Assembly (NCBI GenBank): GCA_035084275.1
Contig: CM068770.1
Span: forward strand, 3,534,001 to 3,598,000
Direction of reading: 5' to 3'
Length of the DNA: 64,000 nt
Origin: Hydrolagus colliei
Taxonomy: Eukaryota
The notes under the pieces: generated by a model
Seen by the model: the letters and a program-made list of their open reading frames with translations, nothing else
Told to the model about the DNA's origin: nothing
Database searches by the model: none
Translations under genes and position numbers: made by a program
In this document: piece by piece, positions 13,138 to 25,026 of the stretch
How the letters are laid out: each line of letters starts with the position of its first letter
How positions within the stretch are numbered: the stretch's first letter is position 1

Positions 13138-13599
13138 AAAGTTGTTGTTACTGAAGCACGCGGGATGCTTAGAACAATTTTCTTCTAAGATTCGGGCTCA
13201 TTTGAGCACTGGGAGCAAATTAGATGGCGGTGGCTATTGATTTGTGAGTTGGAAGACAGGAGATTGCGAGCTCCGTATGTAGTAAAGAAATGATGTTTCT
13301 GTGAGTGAATCACTGAGGCAACACAAGAGTCCTCGACTAGCTGAGGTAAAGTCAATTAGTTACATTTATTGAGTTGTGTGTACGCATCCAATGGGGCATG
13401 TAAGACAGCGTGTGTGCGCGTGTTACAAAATATCCCGTCAACAAATTGGAATTTCTCAACCAAAGCCAGATTGTTTCATTAGTGTCCCTCTTGCCACAAG
13501 CGATTCGGACTCTGTGTGTGTGTGTGGGTGTGTGTGTGTGTCCGTCCGTGCTCAGAATGCGAGAGGTAAATGCTTTACTCATTCTCTTCCTTGGACAAC

Positions 13600-13634
<35 letters not shown>

Positions 13635-14209
13635 GTGGTTTATTATAAAAAACACAGATGGCTCAGTGCTACTGTCCGCCAATACCATGCAAGTCACGAG
13701 CCAAGAGCTTCCCTTCAACCAAACGCACACGATAGAGCAGCTTGTAGTTGTTTGGTGTTTTGCTTCCCTTCCCCAGCATGGAACTGGGAAGAAATTACTT
13801 TCAAAAGCCGTCAGTAAATTCTTGTTCTGCATCTCGGGTGAGCTCAAGCATGGCTCCCTCCCTCCCCTCCCTCCCCTCCCTCCCCTCCCTCCCTTCCCTC
13901 TGTCCCCTTCCTCCCCCGAGGGAGTCTTGACACATGTGGAAACCCATCACCGAATGCTCAAGAAAATATCCATATCAAGCTGAGAATTCCGTGCATCCTA
14001 CCTACAGATGGAAATGCCAGAGATAGATTGTTGGAATGCAATGCTCTCTCCCCCTCTCGCCCTACATCCTGCTCACCTAATTCCGGAAAGTATTAAGCGC
14101 AGGCTGGCTCCAGCCTCCCCCCCCATCTGACAGTCTCAAAGGTGTCCTTCCAACAGATGTCCTTCCATGTAAATCTTATGTTTCTGGAAGGGAGTCGCAA
14201 AATATACTG

Positions 14210-14740
14210 ATAATAATAATCCTTGCAGTCGACGTAGTGCTTTTCACATCTTCTGCATGTCTCAAAGCGGCTTCACAGAATAGACTGTCAAGTGAATTGA
14301 CTGTATAATTATGCAGGGGAAAACGCGACAGCCACATGCGCACAGCAAACAATCGTGGATTGAAACGACCAATTTATTATTGGTGGGGTGGGGGGTGGGG
14401 TTTCTTGAGGGATTATTCTCAGGTGTTTGAGTTGGAGAGAACATTTCTTTGCTCAGAGGGTAGTGAATTGATGGAATTCTCTACCCCAGAAGCCTGCGGA
14501 TATTCAGTTATTTGAACACATTTAAGGCAGAGATCAATAGATTTTTTGTTAAAATGCTTAAGGGATATGCAGATAGGTGAGCCAGATGGATCTTATTAAA
14601 TGGTGGAGCAGGCTCGAGGGGCTGAATTGCCTACTACTTATACATGGAGTAAGGAAACTTGCCCAAATTTTTGGCCTGCCTGGAATTGAAGTGCCAGGTC
14701 TCTCACTTGTAAGGCGAGCACTCTAACTACTGAGTTACGG
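14210..14740 (-). mobile_element. tRNA-derived SINE split by a CR1 fragment
   Basis: Tail and body at 14210-14425, head at 14643-14740 (tggagtaaggaaacttgccc...tgtaaggcgagcactctaactactgagttac). Confidence 0.8.
14432..14640 (+). mobile_element. Diverged CR1 3' fragment of a different subfamily, nested in a SINE
   Basis: tttctttgctcagagggtagtgaattgatggaattctctaccccag (FF.QRVV..WNSLP-like), then atttaaggcagagatcaatagatt and the tail ggagcaggctcgaggggctgaattgcctact. Confidence 0.75.
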
Positions 14741-17700
14741 AACTTGAAAATATTGTTCCAAATAGGCAACCTAGCTCGGGGCAATCGAGTGGTTGGGATT
14801 ACGTAAAGAGCTGTTCTGTGCTTGCAAAAGTGTGTCTTCAATCAAGTGTGACGATATGGATGGATGACACTGGCTGGGAGAAAAATTATGAAATGTTGCT
14901 GGTAATTAGCTGTTGAAGGGAGAGAGAAATGGTTCAATTTCCAATTCATTTCCCTGCACGTCAGGGTATTACCGCAGCCTTCGAATGATGGATGTGACAA
15001 GTGAAGCCAGGGGAGAAATGAACGGGCCATGCCGTGCGGCGTTGTTATTGTGTCCGGGGGGGAAAAAATCTTCTTCTTTTAATCGAGTAAAAACCTGGGT
15101 GGCGCGAAAGTCAGTCCTGCTGTCTGGAATCCTGTGTAAGGGCCACAAATACATCAACAGCGACCTCCGAGCAAAATAGCGCCAATAGCGTTTGATCCTG
15201 AGTGAGGGAGAGAGTGGGTGGGGGGTGGGGGGGGAGAGGAGAATAATATCCGTGGGTGTAGTCTTGTCAAATGTGCATTTTCCATTACCTAGGAAATCAC
15301 GAATAGGAACCTTTGTGCTGCCTTGGGACGTCTTCCTGACGTGAAAGGCTCTATGCAACTGTCATTTTGTTGTTGTTGTTGTTGTAGTTGATGTGTGTGT
15401 GTGTGTATGTACCATCGTTGCTGTTAACGCTTTAAAATATTTATCAAGCAATTGCAATAAATAAAAAGACTTTGTACCTGTAGCCGAGTGGGAATGTGAG
15501 CTGCATTCTGCAGTGCATTACAAGCACCAGAGAGAGGTGAGGAACTCTCTCACGTTCTCTCTCTCTCTCTCTTTCCCTCTTTCTCTCTCTCGGGGTATCA
15601 TTATTGCCATTTCTGTCAAGGAGCAAAGGCAAACACTGTAGGAGTGAAAAACTTGACCTGGTTTCGAATTCAGCTGGGAATTACCCCTGATGGCTAGATA
15701 AATACTGAATTATACATGTAATAATCATCCTCGCATTTGATATAATGCTTTTCACGTCTTCGAGACGTCTCAAAATGCTTCACAGGATAACATTGTAAAG
15801 TGAATCGACGCACTTGAATCCAAGATCCGCGTCCTCACTTTCAAGGGCCTCGTATCTCACTCCGTCTCTCTGAGGACCTCCTTCCCTCCCTCGCTCCCTC
15901 CCTCCTCACCGACCTTCAGTTCCTGCCTCACGATCTTCCTTCTTCGCCGTGCTGACGCTCACCTCTCCATTTCCGCTCCCCCTTGGCTTCTTGTCAGACT
16001 CCGCTCCGCCTCTGTGAAGCGCTCTGGGACCCTGTCCCACATTGAAAGCCCCCCTCCCCCGCCCCTCCACGCACACACACGCGCAAAGGTATTGCTGTTA
16101 TTGTCTTTCATTTTTCACTCATCATCCAATGGGCCGTGAAACTAGCCATTGTACCTATGGTTTGTTGCAGTTGCAGCTGAGGCCTGTGATTATCCTGCTG
16201 CGCTAAGCAGTAAACAAGTAAGCTGCCTCATAAATCATTTGATTTAATATACTCTCGGCGGCAGTTGGGAATGTGCCTGTTTTATGATTTCTAACTTTAT
16301 GCCACTGCTGGAAATTTTAAGGTGGCAGCTTCTAAGGTTGGTAAGGCTTCCCCGTCAATTTATTATTATAGTAATAATAATAATCCTCGCATTTGATCTC
16401 CCGCTTTTCGCATCTTCTAGACGTCTCAAAGGGCTTCACGGAATATACTGTAAAGTGAATTGACTGTGTATTTTGCGGGCGAAACGCGGCGGCCAATTGC
16501 GCGCAGCAGCGTCCCCCACAAACAGTCCTGATTAGCTATTAAGCTAGGACTACGGTACCAATTGAATGGAACCGAACCTCTGAATCAGTCCAGTCCCTCA
16601 ATTGTCCAGAATCAGCCCTTGTAAAATGAGTGGCCCACAGGGAGAATACTTCAAGGCAAGTTGGCTGCATGTGCAATGTGACTGTTGTGTGATGTTTACA
16701 ACTTTACCATATGGTACAGTGTAACAGGTGAGCCAGAGTAACTTGTCGGCTACACATGACAATTCTGAATCGAGTTGCCAAGAGGTCCAATGGTAACTGA
16801 TTATGACCTGGCATGCCAGCAATCGCATTATTGCCGTGGACGCTCGATTCAATGGCTCGACCTTTCCTTTCCCGTTGCTCAGGTTCTAAGCTGCGCGGAG
16901 CTGGCCAACTGAACTGAAGAGGGGATTTAAACGTAAAACGACGGGACAGAGAAACGGGAGAGGGCAGTCGGGTAGAAAGGAGATGGGAAAACTTCAGGAG
17001 AGCAAGTCTTCGAATTGGTCTTCGAACAATAATGATGATGATAATCCTTGCATTTGATATATATACACAATAGAATATTTACAGGCTATACTGTAAAGTG
17101 AATTGACTGTATATTTTGTGGGAGAAACGCGGCAGCCTATTGCGCACAGCAACGTCCCCCCACAAACAGTCGTGGATCGAGTGACCCAAATAATTTTTAA
17201 GACGCGCCAATCGGCTAACGAGCGAGTTGCTTTGCCTGTTCTGACAACGTTCTAATTCGCGTACAGGAAAAATAAAACTGCCGAGTAAAACGCTGAGCAG
17301 GCAGCACTTTGGCGCCGCCTCTAATTGCTGCCGCTGCTTCCAGTAACAGAGATAATTGCGGCTGAGAAAGTGCACATACTGCAGTACCAAGGCATCCTCT
17401 CTCTCTCTCCCGCGTTCCTCACTGAGAGTGCTCCAACGTTGCTTTTATCTTTTGACACAGACTTCTGTGGTTTGGTGACCTGCTCCCCTTTTTTAAAAGA
17501 TATATATATATATCTACATATATATATAAATAGATATATATATTGACTCCGACCTTCAAAGCTTCGCATAAGCCGTTCAATCACATTAAGGCTCAAAGTT
17601 GGGTTGGGTCTGGTCTGGTCGAGCCAGACTGGCTTTTTTTTTCCTGATGGAAACTCCCTTGTGTAGCTCGCTTGACTCTTATTGAATTGTTAAAACATTA

Positions 17701-19081
17701 TTGACCTGCTCCCTCTCTCTGTGTTTTTTGCCTTCTTTTCCGTGCGCATTGGCCCAACTGACGATTGTAAAATATCTCATCAGCCGTTTCAGGCCTGTTT
17801 TGGAGCATTTGCTTTTTTTGTCTGACGTCTCGGTAAAAGGGATGGGTGTTTCACCACCAGGATTGCTTATTCCCGGCAAACTTTCTTTCTCGAAGACGGC
17901 TAGCTCGTGCAACAATTTTCGGTGCCTACGTACCAAACGCAAGGATTATTACTATTGTCGTAAAACATACATACACGCATGTGACAAGCTCGGCTTGATA
18001 TCTCCGGTTCATTCTTTACCTACCACTCATTTCCAACTGCAGGGCCAAATTATAATAATTATAATCCTTGTGTTTGATTATAGCGCCTCATCCACGTCTT
18101 CGTAACTTCTCAAAGCGCTTGATAGGATAAGTGTAAAATGTAGAGACTCTGTATTTTGTGAGCGAAACCCACTGGCCACTCTTAGCTGATGGGCTACAGG
18201 TCCTTTGAAGTGCTTTGATACACTCTCCCGACATGAAAGATTGGTATATCAAAGGCAACGATTCTTATTACCGTTATTATTTGATTACCTATCCAGTGTC
18301 TTCACTGTGACTCACATTTGTTTTTGCTTTCCCCCCCCCCCACCCCCACCGGGATTTAATGAGCTATTAGAGTTTTAAATAGGACAGAGATAATGAACCC
18401 ATAGCAATATTTTCAGAGATATTGAACCAGTGGAGTTTGTGGGAGGCAGTTTCAGGCCAAACATAGAAACAGGACCTAGGCCTTGTTCAATGCCTGGTTC
18501 CCAAACAGTACATTTGCAAATTAATCTCCCAACCAACCCCCACCACCACCCACCCCTTTGGAATTTGTCCTCTGTGTAGAACGCAGACAAAAAGATAATT
18601 TATCATTATAAAGTCTTCTTCAGTATGTAAACCTCGACGGGTGTTCAACTGTTAAATAGGACAGTGACAATCAATGATTGTTGTAAATTGAATAGGGGAA
18701 TTTTGTTTTTCTCTCTCTCTCTTTGGGAAATATCCAGATGAGCGCTTGTGCATCCAGCAAGACTGTCTGCCACATTTGAGACTCAAACAGAACTCCGCAG
18801 ACACCAAAGTCCACCTTTCAGAATAAATACAGGCCAGCTGATGAGGGAAGGATGCTGTTATTGTACCTTAGGTCACCCCCCCCACCCAGCCACCCCTATA
18901 CTCCCTGCCCTCAACCCTCCCTGATCTCGAACCCTTACCCCCCCCACCACCCAGTTCGGGTCCAAACCCCTGATTGTCCAATGGCTCGGACCATCCCTTT
19001 TGACATAAAAGGCCCTTTGCAAGTATGATATTGCACTGAAGTGTAGCTTCCAATGCTATTCAGATCAGGGACTGTCATAGC

Positions 19082-19395
19082 ATGTTTCGAATCCAGGCAG
19101 GTCAGGGTGAAACCTTAGGCAAGTTTCCTTACTCTCTCCACGCATACACACACACACACACGCACGCACGCACGCACGCGCGCCTAATAATAATCCCTCC
19201 CCAAAAATACACCCAATAAGAAAAAATTGGGCATTTCAATCCACGGCTGTTTGTGGGGGACGCTGCTGTGAGCGATTGGCTGCCGTGTTTCACCCACAAA
19301 TGTACAGTCAATTCACTTTACAGTATATTCGGTGAAGCGCTTTGAGACGTCGAGAAGATGTGAAAAGCGGTAGATCAAATGCAAGGATTATTATC
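19082..19395 (+). mobile_element. tRNA-derived SINE, short form
   Basis: B-box, (CA)/(CGCA)n tract, body and tail. Confidence 0.9.
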
Positions 19396-20664
19396 ACTGG
19401 TATTATTATTATTCCTTGTCCTGAAATGAACGCTCCCCATTGGAGCTGAGTATTTGAAGGGGTTAGATGTGGTTCCTTGGGCCACGGCAGCGAGGTTTCC
19501 TCTGATGTTATTTGTTCAAAGCCCCACTTTAAAAGGGAGTTTGTTCCACAACATGGCGGCCGAAGGTTGAGCCAAGTTGCGAGGCGGACGAGTTGCCGAG
19601 CTCCAGACACTTCTGACAGCGGGTAGTGCGCGTCCAGTCTTTCCACTCCGGCACAGTAGAATAGATTCTACTTTCCTCACGTCGCTCGCTGACAGCCCGG
19701 AAAAGTCTGTATGGACGCGTTTGGCGCTGTGAGCTGCAGTCACATCTTCCTGCCGTTGTCTCCAGTGAATAGATACTGGAGAAACTATTGGACCTGTCTG
19801 CAGAGCGCAAACAAAAAGGCTGGTTTGTATGTATTGGTGGTCGTTAGTGAGTCGTAAAACCTCCGCTGTGGCGGAGAAGTCTGAATTAATCGGGCCCTTT
19901 CACAGAACTGTAGAGTTATATAGCACAGCAGGAGGCCGCGCGGCCAATCGTATTCACATTGTCAGGGAATTAATACAGGTTGAGTTTGCTTCGGGAACAT
20001 AGATTCACGGGACCGGCGACATTCCAGGGCTGCGTTGTCAAGTTAATTTGTACCAATTGCTCAGATGTACTCTATAGAGTGCAGCCATGAATGCTTTTGC
20101 AAGTGCAGGCGGCGATGTTTTTTTGAGTTGTTGCCTTTGAGATGTCTGCCCTGTGTGAAAGGCACTGTACCAAATATAAGAATGATTATTTTAAATCGTA
20201 TGCACATCAATATGAATATCCACGAGATGTTTGGCTGCCGCGTTTCGCCTACAAATATATACAGTTGATTCACTTTACAGTATATTCTGTGAAGCACTTT
20301 GCGACGTCTAGAAGACGTGAACAGCTCTATATCAAATGCGAGGATTATTATTCTTCTTATTATTATCTCCCGACGCACAGAACAATCTGGTTGGTAACAT
20401 GAATTTTCACATGATTTTAGTAATCCTTTCTTGTTCCATTTGGAAAAGTGAATGGATCATTGATTGTGCCTCAGCTTTCCTGAGCTTTGTGATTCGCTTT
20501 GAAGGACGCCACATAACCTACCAGCCCAGCTATTAGTGCTGTCAGTGGACTTGTCAGCAACACAGACATAGATCTGTGCTCAGAATGTCAGGTCACACAT
20601 TGTTGGTTTCCGAAGCAGAGGAGGATGACGCAAAGGCCATTATGGACTTGTGGATTCCTTCCTT

Positions 20665-20985
20665 TTAGCTCAGTGGTTAGAGCACTCGCCTTACAAGCGT
20701 GAGACCTGGGTTCGAATCCAGGCAGGTCAGGGCGAAACCTTGGCGCGAGTTTCCTTACTCCACACACACACACACACCTAATAATAATCCCTCCCCCCCA
20801 AAAAAAAATAATAAAATTGATCATTTCAATCCACGACTGTTTGTGGGGGACGCTGCTGTGCACAATTGGTTGCCGCATTTCGCCCACAAATATACAGTCA
20901 ATTCACTTTACAGTGTATTCTGTGAGCGCTTTGAGACGTCTAGAAGACGTGAAAAGCTCTCTATCAAATGTGAGGATTATTATTA
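20665..20985 (+). mobile_element. tRNA-derived SINE, short form, full length
   Basis: A-box tagctcagtgg, B-box ggttcgaatcc, body and (TTA)n tail. Confidence 0.92.
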
Positions 20986-21437
20986 TCTGTCAATTTAAAT
21001 GTGTCGCCTTTCTTTTAAGCAATCGCTTCACAACCTTGGCTCCATTCATAAACGGTTTGATTTCTTTATTCCTGTTCGTGAGGGTGAGCAGGTGAATGAA
21101 CGGCATCAAGATTAGACGTACAAGTGATTTGCAAGGAACGTATGGTATTTTACCAAAAGGAAGTGATTTACATAGAATAGAAGCAGCCCACCGAGTCCAA
21201 CCCTTGTTTATACCTCCCGCAGGTCTTCACCCATTCCTTACTCCCTCTTGTGAATGTCTAACTCGCACTTGAATGTATCTATGATACACATCACATCGCT
21301 GGGACATCTCAACGCACTTCACGAGAATATGCTGTAAAGTGAATTGACTATTTTGTGAGTGAAACAAGACAGCTAATTGCGCACAGCAACAACAACAACT
21401 TAGACTTATAAAGCGCCTTTCACGTCAGGAGGACCCA

Positions 21438-21640
21438 CTAAACAGTCATGGATTGAGTGCCCAAATTATTTGTTGATTGATTGATTTTTCGATGGGGATT
21501 ATTACCCCCGGAAAGCGATCCACTGATCGACTGACAACCGGGTGCCTGTTTACTGCTTGGTGAACAGAGACGTGTGGCGTAACGAAAGGTTTGGCCCTGC
21601 CAGGATTCGAACACGGGGCTCCCCTCGATTGTGAGGCCAC
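21438..21640 (-). mobile_element. tRNA-derived SINE, long form (with central insert)
   Basis: gaaagcgatccactgatcgactgacaaccgggtgcctgtttactgcttggtgaacagagacgtgtgg lies between the head and the body. Confidence 0.8.
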
Positions 21641-22855
21641 CTTGCTGTTTACTGCAAATACGGAACTCCTTGTGGGTTTGCCTGCCTGCATACCGGGCGC
21701 AAAAACGAGCAAGGGAAACGAACAGGCGGATTCCACAGTAATCGGTTGCCATCACCTATCAAAATTATAGCCTTCGCGATGTGATCCGACAACATTTTTA
21801 ATTGTATCGGGAGGAACCAGAGACGGGAATAAAGGAACAGAAATAAAAGGCGAATAAATGCATTGTATCAACCTGTCTGACGATTTCCCCCACGAGGAGT
21901 AAATCTTCAATCATTTCATTACAATTACAATAGTAGCTGACAGCGCTATGTTTTTGCTGATCTGGTATTATCCAGAGATGCAAAGCCATTCTGATATTCA
22001 GAAGAAAATCACGATCAGCATCCAAAGCCATCTCCCTACGAGTTATTATCTCTATAAAAAAAAGGTCTCAGCCTTCTCTCTCCCACCTCTTAAATCATGC
22101 CAGTCACTGACCCTGACCCTGAAGAGCCTGATAAGAATCTGCGTCCCCAAAAAACCACAATAATAAAATTCGGTCAATTAAATCCACATTTGTTTGCGGG
22201 GGGGACGCTGCTGTGCGCAATTGGCTGCCGCGTTTCGCCCACAAACATGCAGTCAATTCACTTTACAGTATATTCCGTGAAGCGCCTTGAGATGTCGCGA
22301 AGACAGGACAAGGCGCTGTAATCAAACGCGAGGATTATTACTGTTTCCTGAATTCATCAGCAGAAGTCCTGCATCTCCACAGTACATTTGCAGACCGGAG
22401 TTTCTTTGCAGGAAACGTGGCGTTGAGATGGTAGAGGATGCAGCCGTTGTGGCGGCCAGCTCTGAGAGTGAGTTCATTTGTGTCGGGTCGTGAAGGACAC
22501 CTGTTGTCATCTGGCGAGCCGACCAGACAGTTTGAAAGCTGGTCCTAATGTCTGGTTTGTCGCTCAGTCGTGAGCCAGAATCCCTTTTGCTAATCTTGGT
22601 TACTCCGAAACCCGTATTTGAGTTGAGTTTTTCTGCTCTGTACCTATTGACAGCTTTATCTTGTGGATCGAGCGTCAAATTCTCCCTGTGAAAGTAGCTC
22701 GTGTTGCCGATTGTTGAGGTCAAAACGCTCCTCTACTTCCGCGGACTCCACTTGGTGCCACTTGTACCACCATAAAGTGCTAAATAAGTTTTATTTTTGG
22801 TAAAGAAAGTCCAGTGGAAATGCCAATCCCATTGAAAACAGCTCTGACTGGAGTT

Positions 22856-22930
22856 CAAAACAGAAGTGGCTGGGAACACTCGGCAGGTCAGGCAGCATCT
22901 ATGGAGAGAGGAGAGTGAGTTGATGTTCCA
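22856..22930 (-). mobile_element. Second, partial copy of the 7340-7441 repeat
   Basis: aaaacagaagtggctgggaacactcggcaggtcaggcagcatctatggagag is the reverse complement of about 7385-7435. Confidence 0.65.
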
Positions 22931-23324
22931 TGTAACTCTCTTGAGTGTATCTGATTGGCAACGGGAGCCAAAATACGGGAGGTATTTTGAAGCTTGGGGT
23001 TTGGATGGGAGATTATCCTCAGATTCTCCAGATTAATTAATTAGTTAGATTGTAGCATGGTCTTTTCCACGAGCAACACCTCATTTCCTATTTATTAGGA
23101 TTTAATAATCCCTCGTGGGATTTGGGGCGGTAACAGAATTAATGAATGAGCGAATGAATTCATACAAAAAGGAGAACGATTGATGGTATCTTGCTGACAA
23201 GTACAGCTCGAAACGTCAACTCTCAGAGCGAGGATCAGACAAGACACAGATCTTGTCATGTTTCAAATGAGATTGAAAATGTAAACCCCCAGATACTTCA
23301 GTATAACATCAACAACAATGTCCA

Positions 23325-23403
23325 TATATATATATAATATACGTATACTATATTACATATATATTTATAATATATTATATATATATATATAATATATATA
23401 TAC
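23325..23403. repeat. Imperfect (TA)n microsatellite
   Basis: Alternating AT tract. Confidence 0.9.
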
Positions 23404-23635
23404 AGCGTTTCTCACACACAGGTCGAGTATCCCAGAGTGCTTGACAGTGTACAGGGGGGGAGACCATAGGCACGGTCTAATAGGAAGGTCTTCAGGGAAG
23501 ATGGTGAACGAAGGGGCCAAAGGTGGAGGGATAGAGGAAGAGTGTTCCAGAGTTTCGGGGCGTAGTGGCTGAAAATGCGGCCACTGATGGCGGATCCGAG
23601 GGCAAGAGGGACGTGCGTGAGGCAGGTACTAGTTG
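23400..23635 (-). mobile_element. L2-clade LINE 3' relic
   Basis: ggaaggtcttcaggg...gtgttccagagtttcggggcgtagtggctgaaaatgcggccactgatgg is the reverse complement of the GRAFSH.AP.LWN.LP...LKTFLF region. Confidence 0.6.
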
Positions 23636-23864
23636 AAAGATGAGATCAGATGGGATTGAAGATGAAGATGAAGATGGGATTCTTCATCTGAGCTAATCTT
23701 CAGCGTGAAGTGTAAGACTGTAGTGAAATGAACGCAAGGTGTAGAGGCTATCCATCTTGTCTCACCAGCTGGGCATCAGGGCGTTTTGAGATAGATTGGG
23801 ATGGATTCAAAGGCAAATTTGCAGCAAATAATCCCGTGGTGAGTGTTTGCCTCACTCAAGTAAC

Positions 23865-24210
23865 AATAATAATCCTTGCATTTAATATAGCGCTTTTCAC
23901 ATCTTGTAGATGTCTCAAAGCACTTCACAGAATATACTGTAAAGCGAATTCACTGTATATTTGTTGGCGAAACGCGGCAGCCAATTGCGCACAGCAGCGT
24001 CCCCACAAACAGTCGTGGATTGAAATGACCAATTTTTTTTATGATTGTTTGTTTTCTTGAATGGATTATTATTCAGCGTGTGTCTGTGTGTGTGTGTGTC
24101 TGTGTCTGTGTGTGTGTATGTGTGTGGAGTAAGGAAACTTGCCCAAGGTTTCGCCCTGACCTGCGTGGATTTGAACACAGGTCTCGCGCTTGTATAAGGC
24201 GAGTGCGCAC
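23865..24210 (-). mobile_element. tRNA-derived SINE, short form
   Basis: Reverse consensus with a long internal (TG)n. Confidence 0.9.
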
Positions 24211-24774
24211 TTTGACTTGCGTTTGTGCGATTTGTATATGGGGGCTTTGACAGACGCCTGTCTGTATGACTGACTGGCACAGCACCCACACATTTAATAG
24301 ATCAACGAACTGAACCTCACAGCATTCCTCTTCCCCTTGCAGGATCCGGGTTTGAATGCAGCTGGACTGATGGGAGATTAAAAGTCTCCTCCCTCTGTTT
24401 CTCTGTGGCAATGTTATCATTTCCAAGTGGCAGACATCCAAACAGAAAGCTGTAGATAATTGCTTATTAAATTAGCAGCTTCAGTCAGCAAAGCCCTGAC
24501 TGGTTTAAGAAATACTACTGTAGAGATGTCACGAGGAGGCACTGAAGTAGATTAAGATACAGAAAATGTACACGAAAACTACACTATACCTGACTGTGTT
24601 CGTCCCATATTCAGAAGTTAAATCAAGTTCCCTTCTATCTGTTCAGGCACAAATTGGTTGCTGGATTCAGCCACAAAACACACAGTTACTACACTTTACA
24701 GTATATCAGGTGAAGCCCTTTGAGGTGAAAGGTGCTCCACACATGTTTTTTTTAATGCAAGTGTAAGAAAAATA

Positions 24775-25026
24775 CAGGTAGACCTCGCTTTTAACGTTGC
24801 TTCGGTCAACGTTGTATGGTTAGTACGTTCCTGATACATAGGGGGAAACGTATATATATTTAACATTGTGACGTTCGCTTTTATGTCGTTCGGCAGCGGG
24901 TGGAAACAAACTACTTTGGGTTGGCTTGGTACACAGACGCTGAATGCATTTTCGCCTAATGTCATTTCGCTTACAAGTCGCGCTTTTCGCGAACACAACT
25001 GCGACGGTGTAAGCGAGGACTAAGCG
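24775..25026. mobile_element. Decayed Tigger/pogo-like MITE
   Basis: TA-CAGGTAGACCTCGCTTTTAACGT at the left end and ACGGTGTAAGCGAGGACTAAGCG at the right (about 16/23 inverted match). Internal (T)TCGCTT repeats. Confidence 0.55.

Noticed and set aside
22322-22723. 133-aa minus-strand ORF
   Set aside because: It has a non-ATG start and no recognisable domain, and it ends inside a SINE tail.
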